A stretch of DNA of 64,000 nucleotides from contig JAAEXZ010000001.1 of assembly GCA_017879645.1 (NCBI GenBank), forward strand, positions 3,583-67,582, given 5' to 3'. Of the stretch, positions 10,768 to 19,321 are shown piece by piece. Under the pieces are notes generated by a model. It worked only from the letters and a program-made list of their open reading frames with translations. It ran no database searches and had not been told where the DNA came from. Both the position numbers and the translations under genes were made by a program. The stretch comes from Nitrosomonas sp. GTDB taxonomy: Bacteria; Pseudomonadota; Gammaproteobacteria; Burkholderiales; Nitrosomonadaceae. The stretch's first letter is position 1. Each line of letters opens with the position of its first letter.

Positions 10768-11688
10768 TTACTGGGGCTGCAATATTTCGGTATTGGGTTC
10801 GTCTTGCATGTCGATATCGACCGCAGGACTATCCATGATGATCGCTTTTTCAGCTTTCTCGTTCATGACTACGATACTGATGCGGCGGTTGATGGGGTTA
10901 AGTGGATCCTTCTTGTCAAATAAAACGGCCGAGGACAACCCCACGACTTTGAGTACCTTGTTGACGTCCATGCTACCGGCAATGAGCTCGCGGCGTGAGG
11001 CGTTTGCGCGGTCCGCAGACAATTCCCAGTTGCTGTAACCTTTGTCGCCGGTAGGGTACGGTTTTCCATCGGTATGCCCGGAGAGGCTGATTTTGTTATT
11101 GACATCGTTGAGCATTTTGCCAATTTCACGCAGTATGGTTTTGGTATAAGGTTGTAGATCTGCCTTACCCAGTGCGAACATGGGGCGATTCTTCTCATCG
11201 ACGATCTGGATTCTCAATCCGTCGGTTGTGATATCCAGTAAGAGCTGGTTTTCAAATTTTTTCAGGGCAGGATTGGCTTCGACCGCTGCTTCGATTTTTT
11301 TCTTCAATCCTTCCAGTTTGATCAGTTCGGCACGCTCACGCATGATTTTCTTGGTTTCTTTGTCGACGATTTCTTCTTTCACATCGCCTTTCTTGACCTG
11401 ACCTTCCTTGCGGGTAAAATCGGTGCCGCCACCTTTGATGACACTGGTGGTATCTCCGGCTCCCGATCCACCCGACAAGGAAACTTTCATCGGATTCTTG
11501 AAGTACTCTGCTATGCCTTCCAGTTGTGCCTTGGTAGTTGAGCCCAATAACCACATCAATAAAAAGAAAGCCATCATGGCCGTGACAAAATCGGCGTATG
11601 CGATTTTCCATGCGCCGCCATGATGTCCACCCGCAACTTTTTTTATACGCTTGATGACTATCGGGCGCTGAGCAAGATCTTCAGACAT
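10768..11688 (-). CDS. motB: Flagellar motor stator protein MotB
   Basis: N-terminal TM with the conserved Asp (WKIAYADFVTAMMAFFLLMWL) and a C-terminal OmpA-like peptidoglycan-binding domain (SLSGHTDGKPY...NRRISIVV). Immediately downstream of motA. Confidence 0.88.
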   Translation of the reverse strand: MSEDLAQRPIVIKRIKKVAGGHHGGAWKIAYADFVTAMMAFFLLMWLLGSTTKAQLEGIAEYFKNPMKVSLSGGSGAGDTTSVIKGGGTDFTRKEGQVKKGDVKEEIVDKETKKIMRERAELIKLEGLKKKIEAAVEANPALKKFENQLLLDITTDGLRIQIVDEKNRPMFALGKADLQPYTKTILREIGKMLNDVNNKISLSGHTDGKPYPTGDKGYSNWELSADRANASRRELIAGSMDVNKVLKVVGLSSAVLFDKKDPLNPINRRISIVVMNEKAEKAIIMDSPAVDIDMQDEPNTEILQPQ

Positions 11689-11728
11689 GTTTATCCTGTT
11701 GTTTGTAAGGGGTTATAGTCAGAAAATT

Positions 11729-12589
11729 CTATTTGGCTTTGCTCTGTTTGACATGTTCTTCCAATTCAATGAAGGAAGGTCGTTCCGTCGTGAATAGCAC
11801 CTTGCGACCAAACTCGACAGCCAGTACCGGAGAGTAACCATTCAGGTTGGCCAGTAAGGTGATTTTGATGCATTCATACATTTTGCTCGATTCGTGTAGA
11901 TTATGTTCGAGTTTACCCGCTAGCGGACTTACGAAACCGTAAGCCAATAAAATGCCCAGGAAAGTACCGACTAGGGCGGCTGCGATCAATATACCCAGTT
12001 CTGCGGGTGGTAGATGCACGGACTCCATCGTGTGCACCACACCCATTACCGCAGCGACAATACCGAATGCCGGTAGACCATCACCCAATTTGGAAATAGT
12101 GTGAATGGGTACTTCGCCTTCCTGATGGTGGGTTTCTAGCTCGCTGTCCATCAGGTTCTCGATTTCCAGGGAATTCAGATTTCCACCTACCATGAGTCGC
12201 AGGTAGTCGGTGATAAATTCAGTGATATGATGATCTGCAAGAATATCGGGGTATTTGGTAAATATCGGACTATTGTTAGGATCATCGACATCACCTTCGA
12301 TCGACATCAATCCTTCTTTACGGATTTTTCCCAGTACTTCGTAAAGTAATGTCATGAGATCCATATACATGGCTTTGCTATATTTCGAACTCTTGAAGAC
12401 GGTAGGTAAAGCCTTCATCGTTGCCTTGAGGGCCTTGTTGGAATTGCCTACTACAAATGCACCTACAGCTGCTCCACCGATCATGAGTAGCTCAACCGGT
12501 TGCCAGAGGGAGGCAAGGTGACCACCAGCCAGGGCAAAACCACCAAACACAGAGATAATGATGATGACGTAACCAACGATAACAAGCAT
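11729..12589 (-). CDS. motA: Flagellar motor stator protein MotA
   Basis: 286 aa MotA/TolQ/ExbB-type channel with a cytoplasmic loop between TM2 and TM3 and a C-terminal TM pair (LGILIAAALVGTFLGILLAYGFV). Paired with motB. Confidence 0.88.
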   Translation of the reverse strand: MLVIVGYVIIIISVFGGFALAGGHLASLWQPVELLMIGGAAVGAFVVGNSNKALKATMKALPTVFKSSKYSKAMYMDLMTLLYEVLGKIRKEGLMSIEGDVDDPNNSPIFTKYPDILADHHITEFITDYLRLMVGGNLNSLEIENLMDSELETHHQEGEVPIHTISKLGDGLPAFGIVAAVMGVVHTMESVHLPPAELGILIAAALVGTFLGILLAYGFVSPLAGKLEHNLHESSKMYECIKITLLANLNGYSPVLAVEFGRKVLFTTERPSFIELEEHVKQSKAK

Positions 12590-12739
12590 TATGCTGACTC
12601 CTAGAACTGAATTCAGTAAACGTTAAATGACGAATGCTGGTGTGCAAAATAACATACTGCCGAATTTTCCATTTACGAAGAAAAGCCAAGTTTTTCACGT
12701 GTTTTCGGGTTTTTGATGGTGACTTTTTTGTATTCACTC

Positions 12740-12766
12740 ATTTTCCGTATAGAAATGAGAAGTTTA
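12740..12766 (-). promoter_or_regulatory. Weak sigma-28 (FliA)-like promoter candidate upstream of motA
   Basis: The minus strand reads TAAACTTC-N11-CGGAAAAT against the consensus TAAAGTTT-N11-GCCGATAA. The -35 matches 6/8 and the -10 is poor. About 150 nt upstream of the motA ATG. Confidence 0.2.
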
Positions 12767-12837
12767 GGGAAATTTGGTGGGTTGGCAGTGAATTGACGGT
12801 ACATTGAGCACTGCTGACGGGGAATGAACAAAAATGC

Positions 12838-12869
12838 AAAGGAAGGCACATTGTGCCGCACCTTCCTTT
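12838..12869 (-). terminator. Hairpin terminator downstream of the 12889..14043 gene
   Basis: Stem aaaggaagg / ccttccttt encloses an inner ggcac/gtgcc stem. On the minus strand it is followed by GCATTTTTGTT. It begins 20 nt after the stop codon. Confidence 0.55.
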
Positions 12870-12888
12870 TTTGCTAGTGCAGTAGTAA

Positions 12889-14043
12889 TTATTCTACGCA
12901 GCTAGTGTAATTGGTTGGACATGCCGAAGACAGACCACCGTAAATATCGGTTTTCTGTTTTGGCGCTTTCATGACATTCAGAATACTGGGATAGAATTTT
13001 GGCGTACGGGTCCAAAACAGGTAATTGACCTTGAGATGATCTCGTGCAAATGCCATTAATTCTCCAATACTCGGTTGATGACCTGTTCCATCTACGCGCG
13101 TGTTTAAATAATTAGGTTCTTCAATCTGGATGGCCAGAGGCATCAACCCAGAACGTTCGGGATAATAGGTGTAAAGGCCCTTGGGTGAAGTTGCAGTTCC
13201 TGGAAAGTTAAGTCCGGGCTCATCCGGAAAAACATCGGGACCGCCCAGAGCGGATCCCATAGCTTGTAATTTATTGACATAGGTTTCCAGAATTGAACGG
13301 GGATAGTTGACAAACTGGAAGGTCATCGTGTTAGGAAAACGATAGCGCATGCGCTGGTTAAGTATCATCAGATTTCCATAGAATGCATCGGTTTGACTTG
13401 TGGTAAGCGGCTCGATCGGGGCGCCCATGGCTGTTTCTGTCAAGCCAAAGCCTTCGAAGTTGGGGTGAATATCAAAACGTTGGCCCATATTCCGGATTAA
13501 TGCTCTCAGACGACCCTGAATATTGCTATTCCACATTTTGATGTTATAGCCCTTGGTGACTTTGCTGCCATAAGCACCAATTGGAAATACGCCTCCCTCA
13601 TAAATGGGAGTGGTCTTGATGTAGTCCGGGACTATTGCTTTTGTGAGATTGAATGACTTGGTTTCTAACAGTACGATTAACTGCTTGTTTCTAGTTGCGA
13701 GTTCTGCAAGATGATTTTCGATGGCACTGAAATCATACACATCTTTTTGCGGCTCAAGCTCAGGCCAGGTGTAGCGAATAACCACTCCCCGAAATGCAGA
13801 AATTGCTAGGTCACTGTAAACTTGTTCCATATAGAGAGGATTGCTGTCACCTGGATTGACGAGCATGAGATAATGTCCGGGATGCCACTTTACATTACCA
13901 GCCGCACTAATTGCTTGTTTCGAACCCAAGGTGAAAAAGGTAGCGCAGAGAATTAAAAAAGAAGTCATCCAAAATAGACGCACACTTTTACCGGAATTTA
14001 GACTCAGAGTTCTAAATTTCGACTTGATATTTGCAGATTCCAT
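12889..14043 (-). CDS. Secreted uncharacterised protein, paralogue 1 of 3 (TIM-barrel glycoside-hydrolase-like)
   Basis: AAGGAA RBS 8 nt before the ATG and a signal peptide ending AISA/AG. Conserved blocks shared with 40988..42142 and 52610..53773: KWHPGHY, RG-V-x-RYxW-x-LE, LIVLLE-KSF, FEGFGL-ETA, NYLFWTR and the terminal CPxxYxSC. Confidence 0.85.
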   Translation of the reverse strand: MESANIKSKFRTLSLNSGKSVRLFWMTSFLILCATFFTLGSKQAISAAGNVKWHPGHYLMLVNPGDSNPLYMEQVYSDLAISAFRGVVIRYTWPELEPQKDVYDFSAIENHLAELATRNKQLIVLLETKSFNLTKAIVPDYIKTTPIYEGGVFPIGAYGSKVTKGYNIKMWNSNIQGRLRALIRNMGQRFDIHPNFEGFGLTETAMGAPIEPLTTSQTDAFYGNLMILNQRMRYRFPNTMTFQFVNYPRSILETYVNKLQAMGSALGGPDVFPDEPGLNFPGTATSPKGLYTYYPERSGLMPLAIQIEEPNYLNTRVDGTGHQPSIGELMAFARDHLKVNYLFWTRTPKFYPSILNVMKAPKQKTDIYGGLSSACPTNYTSCVE

Positions 14044-14417
14044 TAAAATTTCCTTTTAAGATATGGAAGCTGACTGAGAATAAGAAGAAGTGTTGCGTAA
14101 ATACTATTGCAGTTATGTTGCAATCTTCATTTCCTCGATGAAGAATTTTCCTTGGCAAGATAATTTTGAAATGCAATTCTGTAGCTGATTCCACTACTTA
14201 CACTATTCTCCGGCAGCCTCATTGATTTGATTCAATCGGTTTGTCAGAAGCAAACGTGGTTCTTGAAAAATTATTTTTTACAGAATTTATTGCTTCTTGA
14301 ATGCCTGTACGGTCAGCCAAAACTAGAACTTAAGGAAAGAAAAGAGAGCCATAAAGGCCTTATTTCTTAATTTTGATCCGATAAATAGATATAATTCTTG
14401 TACTTATATATAAAAGA

Positions 14418-14444
14418 TTTAATTAAATTTCGTTTAATTAAATT
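14418..14444. repeat. AT-only direct repeat tttaattaaatt x2 in a very AT-rich spacer
   Basis: tttaattaaatt occurs at 14418..14429 and again at 14433..14444. It lies in the 518-bp ORF-free region upstream of the 12889..14043 gene. Confidence 0.9.
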
Positions 14445-14477
14445 AAAATAAATTAAACAAAAGTGTTCAGGCCAGTG

Positions 14478-14508
14478 TTCACTAATGACCAATAAGGTCA
14501 TTAGTGAA
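14478..14508. repeat. Perfect 13-bp inverted repeat (ttcactaatgacc aataa ggtcattagtgaa)
   Basis: Read directly from the sequence. Arms are 14478..14490 and 14496..14508 with a 5-nt spacer. It lies 54 nt downstream of the stop of the 14562..14924 gene and has no U-tract. Confidence 0.9.
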
Positions 14509-14561
14509 GCAGGATAGTGTCGACTATGAATATGATGTCACTGTGTTGGGAATTGTAACCT

Positions 14562-14924
14562 TTAGCGCATGCGTGCTTCAACGAAAGTCGTTTCTCGATT
14601 GAAGTCGTCCCAGACATAATTGGGTTTTACGAAGGGTGTGGTGGGAATCAAGAAGGTAGCTATATCGAAAGCCCCACTCAAGGAGCGTCCCACTGCATTG
14701 GCAATGCCAGTCAGAAAACCAATGGTCATGCCATGAATGACGCCATCACGACTGCCAACGATGGAGATTGTTTTGGGGATTTCGACAAAACCAGTGACAG
14801 CATTTGCTAGGCCATTTCCGAGTTTCTCAACGACTTTATCCGGATATTGGCTGGAAAACGCAGGATTGGTCATGATCAGAGAGAAGATTGCGATAACTAG
14901 AAATCGTTGAAAGGTTATTTTCAT
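14562..14924 (-). CDS. Small secreted protein resembling the exosortase-system-associated TIGR04073 family
   Basis: 120 aa with signal peptide (IAIFSLIMTNPAFS/S). The pattern EKLGNGLANAVTGFVEIPK ... G-x-G ... GRSLSGAFDIATFLIP matches, from memory, the KLGRGLxNxxxGWxEIPK pattern of TIGR04073. AAGGAA RBS present. Confidence 0.55.
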   Translation of the reverse strand: MKITFQRFLVIAIFSLIMTNPAFSSQYPDKVVEKLGNGLANAVTGFVEIPKTISIVGSRDGVIHGMTIGFLTGIANAVGRSLSGAFDIATFLIPTTPFVKPNYVWDDFNRETTFVEARMR

Positions 14925-14984
14925 CGTTAATTCCTTGTTTTATTAAGAAAGATATTACCTGGATAGTTGAATGTCGTCATGAAT

Positions 14985-15497
14985 TTATTTCTTGGGTTGT
15001 TGTTTGAGTAGAGTCATGACTCTTTCAACATCCGATTCGATCTGACCCTCAGAAAGATTCCTGTTTTGCAGCTCCGCACGAACTCGATAGGCCATTTCCA
15101 GCAACAAGAGATCCATGGTGTTTTTTTCTCCTCGCTGTGATGCCTCCTGATACTCTGTCTGAAAGCGGTTGATAGCCGTCATCATTGCGTCTTTATTAAG
15201 ATTCAAGCTCAAAAGAGTCGATTCAAGTTCGTACTTTTGATTTCCTGATAGCACCGTTTGGGCAGATTGATTGCCACTATCAGATTGATAGGGTACATAT
15301 TTGTGCAATAGGACAGATGACATAATGAGTATAGTGCCTATTCCAACTGTCACGATTACAAAATAAAAAAGCTTCATTTCCTTACCCAGCAATTTGACTA
15401 CATTGATCCTGTCTACGCCAAGGCGAAGCTGCACGGCTATGCCGATGATAAATATCACGACACCCACTGCCATGATGGTAGGTACAATCGGATTCAC
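14985..15497 (-). CDS. Hypothetical membrane protein (2 TM plus coiled-coil tail)
   Basis: GTG start preceded by AAGGAGAA with 5-nt spacing. Two hydrophobic helices are followed by a charged helical C-terminus. It lies 60 nt upstream of, and is co-oriented with, 14562..14924. Confidence 0.6.
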   Translation of the reverse strand: MNPIVPTIMAVGVVIFIIGIAVQLRLGVDRINVVKLLGKEMKLFYFVIVTVGIGTILIMSSVLLHKYVPYQSDSGNQSAQTVLSGNQKYELESTLLSLNLNKDAMMTAINRFQTEYQEASQRGEKNTMDLLLLEMAYRVRAELQNRNLSEGQIESDVERVMTLLKQQPKK

Positions 15498-15960
15498 GGT
15501 TTCTCCTTATTTCGGTTGTCTATGCATAAAGAAATTAAAAAATATTGATCACGCAGTCAATCGACAATAATCATCTTTTAACTGGCTTACTGTCTATCTG
15601 TCCTGATTTTGTTCTGTTGATATCATACTGGGTTATTTCCAGTTTGATAAGCAGACGAATGGTTGTGGTCCGAATCGGTTCCAGGATAGGGAAAGTGAGG
15701 AAACGATTTATTATGTCGGTTTTGCCCTAGGAGGCAAGTAAAATAGCGCTCGTTTGCAATTCACATTGCGAAGGAATGGATAAGGGTATTCGCACTCAGG
15801 TCTCGTGTATGGAACCGATTCATGAAATCCATAAGGTACTGGTGATCAACCGGATAGGGTTGGACTATTCCAGTGAACTGTTATCCTCTGCCAAAGATAG
15901 GCAGAAAAAAGGTATCATATAGGACTCAGAATTTTAATAGTTATTTTAGGAGAAATTAGA

Positions 15961-16830
15961 ATGTCGCAAAAACACCCGGTTATCGCCGTTACCGGATCAT
16001 CAGGTGCAGGTACTTCAACGGTTAAAACCAGCTTTGAACACATTTTTCGTCGGCAAAAATTAAAAGCTGCCATCATCGAAGGAGATAGTTTTCATCGCTA
16101 CGATCGCGAGTCAATGAAACAGGCTGTTGCTGATTCAGAGAAAAATGGTGGAAGAGCCATCAGTCATTTTGGGCCAGAGGCCAACGAATTCGAGAAACTG
16201 GAAGTCTTGTTCAAGGAATATGGAGAGAGTGGAACTGGGCAGTCGCGACTGTATTTGCATAATGATGAAGAGGCCAAGCCATGGCAGCAAAAAGCGGGTA
16301 CGTTCACCCCTTGGGCTCCAATTGGACCAGGTTCGGATCTTCTGTTTTATGAGGGGCTCCACGGTGGGGCCAAGAGTGACACAGCGGATGTTGCCAAGTA
16401 TGTCGATTTGCTGGTTGGTGTCGTTCCCATCGTGAATCTGGAATGGATTCAGAAAATCTACCGTGATACCAATGCTCGAGGCTATTCGACAGAGGCCGTG
16501 ACACATACCATACTGCGTCGCATGCATGATTATGTGCATTACATTACACCGCAGTTTTCGCGTACTCACGTCAATTTCCAGCGTGTGCCCACTGTCGACA
16601 CTTCAAATCCTTTTATTTCACGGGAAATTCCGACTCTGGATGAAAGTCTGGTCGTGATTCGGTTCCGTTATCCCGAGATGGCGGATTTTCCATATTTGCT
16701 GAGAATGATCCATGATTCTTTCATGTCCCGTCCCAATACCCTGGTCGTTCCAGGTGGAAAAATGGGTATGGCCATTGAATTGATTCTGACACCGCTGATT
16801 CTCGATATTGTCTCAAAAAGCAGAGCTTGA
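15961..16830 (+). CDS. prk: Phosphoribulokinase
   Basis: N-terminus HPVIAVTGSSGAGTSTVK...IIEGDSFHRYDR is typical of bacterial class I PRK. 289 aa. AGGAGA RBS upstream. Confidence 0.9.
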   Translation: MSQKHPVIAVTGSSGAGTSTVKTSFEHIFRRQKLKAAIIEGDSFHRYDRESMKQAVADSEKNGGRAISHFGPEANEFEKLEVLFKEYGESGTGQSRLYLHNDEEAKPWQQKAGTFTPWAPIGPGSDLLFYEGLHGGAKSDTADVAKYVDLLVGVVPIVNLEWIQKIYRDTNARGYSTEAVTHTILRRMHDYVHYITPQFSRTHVNFQRVPTVDTSNPFISREIPTLDESLVVIRFRYPEMADFPYLLRMIHDSFMSRPNTLVVPGGKMGMAIELILTPLILDIVSKSRA

Positions 16831-16976
16831 TTTTTTGCATTCTAGATTGATCGATTCCTGGGCTGGGATTGATCTACACGAAGATCTACCCAGCCTGCCG
16901 TTAATCAGACTATACCGGATGTTTCATTCCAACCTCTCCGATCAGAGGTCTGGAATGATTCCCTTCAATTAAGATT

Positions 16977-19181
16977 ATGACTACTTTGTTGACTGGATTG
17001 AATCCTGAGCAATTGCAGGCTATTACCCTACCGAATCAGTCGGCATTGATTCTGGCGGGTGCAGGAAGCGGCAAAACACGGGTTCTGACGACGCGTATTG
17101 CCCATCTGATTCAGTCCGGGCAAGCCAACCCACACAGTGTCCTGGCAGTGACCTTTACCAACAAGGCTGCAAAGGAAATGCTGGCACGCATCAGTGCAAT
17201 GCTTCCAATCAATCCACGTGGCATGTGGATCGGCACTTTTCACGGATTGTGTCATCGCATGCTGCGGGCGCATCATCAAGATGCCGGTCTTCCTCCGGCT
17301 TTCCAGATTCTGGATTCGGCTGATCAACTGGCCATGATCAAGCGGGTTCTGAAAGCATTATCAATAGATGATAAAAAATTTCCGCCCCGACAGGTGCAGT
17401 GGTTTATCAATAACGCCAAGGAAGCTGGGTTGCGTGCAGCACAAGTCGTCATGGAAGATGTTTTTTCACGGCGCATGCAGGAGTTGTACCAAGCCTATGA
17501 GCAACAGTGCCATAGAGAAGGCGTAGTTGATTTTGCCGAATTGCTGTTACGTTGTTACGAGTTGCTGAGTCGCAACGAGTTGCTTTGCCAGCATTATCGT
17601 GAGCGTTTTCACCACATTCTGGTAGATGAATTCCAGGATACGAATCCATTGCAGTACCGATGGCTGAAGCTTCTGGCTGGAATGGGGGCAGTGACTACGG
17701 CTACGGTGTTTGCGGTAGGTGATGATGACCAGAGCATCTATGCCTTCCGCGGTGCTTGCAGTGGCAATATGCGGGATTTCGAGCGCGATTTCGGTATTAC
17801 CAAAGTAATCAAGCTGGAGCAGAATTATCGTTCACACGGCAATATTCTGGATGCTGCCAACGCTTTGATTCAGAATAACTCCGAACGCCTCGGTAAGAAT
17901 CTCTGGACAGCGGAAGGTAAGGGTGAACCATTGCGGATTTATAATGCACCCAACGATTTTGATGAGGCCGCATTCATTGTCGGAGAGATCAAGGCCTTGC
18001 ATCATGACGGACTTGCTTTATCCGAAATCGCTCTGCTGTATCGATCCAATGCACAGTCCCGGGTGCTCGAGCATGGCCTGTTCAATGCGGGCTTACCTTA
18101 CCGTGTATACGGTGGCATGCGATTCTTCGATCGACAGGAAATCAAGCATGCGTTGGCCTATCTGCGCCTGATCGCCAATCCGGATGATGATGGTGCATTG
18201 TTGCGCGTGATCAACTTTCCTGCACGCGGTATCGGTCCGCGCAGCCTTGAACAGTTGACTGGTGTCGCCCAGGCGCAGAATAGCAGTCTGTGGATGGCTG
18301 CATTGGAGAAAAGCAGTGGCGATACCGAGGATCTGCTGCAGCAATCCAGCAAAACTATAAAAGGGATTGCCGGTTTTGTTCAGCTTATCACCCGGATGAG
18401 ACAGCAGTGTGCGGGACTCCCACTTCCGCAGGTGATTGAGCTGATGTTGACACAAAGCGAATTATTGATGCATTACGCCAAAGAACGTGAAAGTGCCGAG
18501 AGACTCGAGAATCTGCAGGAACTGGTTAATGCTGCCACACTGTTTGTGCACGAGGCTACGGATGATAGCTTGGCGGAGTTTCTTGCCCATGCATCGCTCG
18601 AGGCGGGTGAGCATCAGGCCGGTAGTGGTCAGGATGCACTGCAGTTGATGACGGTTCATGCGGCCAAGGGATTGGAATTTCATAGCGTTTTCTTAAGTGG
18701 TTTGGAAGAAGGGCTGTTTCCACACGAAAATAGCTTGAATGAAGCCAATGGTACGGCCGAGGAAAGACGTCTGATGTATGTGGCTATGACCCGGGCGCGC
18801 CGCCGCCTGTATTTGAGTTTTGCTCAGAGTCGGTTGCTGCATGGACAAACGCGCTACAACATACCATCGCGCTTTCTCGATGAGATTCCGGAAAACTGTG
18901 TGAAATGGCTGCAATCCACTTCACCAGCATGGGGAGGCGCATATCGAACGAATTCGGATAATCCGGCGTCATGGACAACGGGAGGGAGTGCATCTTACCC
19001 GCAGCATGGTGGAGCAAATGCCAAGTGGCGAGTCGGGCAGAATGTGATGCATGCAAAATTTGGCACTGGTGTGATCATCAATCGCGAAGGGAGTGGCAGT
19101 GAAGCGCGAGTGCAGGTCAATTTTGCCCAGTCAGGTACAAAATGGTTGCTGCTGGAGTATGCAAAATTGACGGAAATCTAG
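16977..19181 (+). CDS. uvrD: DNA helicase II (UvrD)
   Basis: SF1 helicase motifs (AGAGSGKT, VDEFQDTN, QNYRS, VHAAKGLEF, YVAMTRAR). The 734-aa length and C-terminal tail (HAKFGTGVII...VNF) favour UvrD over Rep. Confidence 0.88.
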   Translation: MTTLLTGLNPEQLQAITLPNQSALILAGAGSGKTRVLTTRIAHLIQSGQANPHSVLAVTFTNKAAKEMLARISAMLPINPRGMWIGTFHGLCHRMLRAHHQDAGLPPAFQILDSADQLAMIKRVLKALSIDDKKFPPRQVQWFINNAKEAGLRAAQVVMEDVFSRRMQELYQAYEQQCHREGVVDFAELLLRCYELLSRNELLCQHYRERFHHILVDEFQDTNPLQYRWLKLLAGMGAVTTATVFAVGDDDQSIYAFRGACSGNMRDFERDFGITKVIKLEQNYRSHGNILDAANALIQNNSERLGKNLWTAEGKGEPLRIYNAPNDFDEAAFIVGEIKALHHDGLALSEIALLYRSNAQSRVLEHGLFNAGLPYRVYGGMRFFDRQEIKHALAYLRLIANPDDDGALLRVINFPARGIGPRSLEQLTGVAQAQNSSLWMAALEKSSGDTEDLLQQSSKTIKGIAGFVQLITRMRQQCAGLPLPQVIELMLTQSELLMHYAKERESAERLENLQELVNAATLFVHEATDDSLAEFLAHASLEAGEHQAGSGQDALQLMTVHAAKGLEFHSVFLSGLEEGLFPHENSLNEANGTAEERRLMYVAMTRARRRLYLSFAQSRLLHGQTRYNIPSRFLDEIPENCVKWLQSTSPAWGGAYRTNSDNPASWTTGGSASYPQHGGANAKWRVGQNVMHAKFGTGVIINREGSGSEARVQVNFAQSGTKWLLLEYAKLTEI

Positions 19182-19321
19182 GAAAAGCCGGGTAGGTTCT
19201 GAGAAAAGTAGCGCACCAAAGCCAGATCAGTCAAAATCGGCAACAAGCAATTCTTGGGAATCACTGTGCCTTCCGGACCTGTTTCTGGTATTGGTGTTTC
19301 AAATCGATAGAGGGTAATCAA

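Noticed and set aside
12889-14043. Idea that the three secreted paralogues are PEP-CTERM/exosortase substrates because a TIGR04073-like gene is adjacent
   Set aside because: Their C-termini end in CPxxYxSC-x-x, with no PEP motif, no terminal TM helix and no basic tail. No exosortase gene is present in the window.
15545-15730. 61-aa ORF in the prk upstream region
   Set aside because: It has a TTG start, no Shine-Dalgarno and no recognisable motif. The region is more simply the prk promoter and leader. I cannot exclude a small protein, but there is no positive evidence.
16861-16895. Imperfect hairpin ggctgggattgatct...agatctacccagcc downstream of prk
   Set aside because: The stem is interrupted by an internal mismatch and is not followed by a U-tract. 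It may still be a weak terminator or REP-like element, but I found no second copy in the window to support a repeat family.
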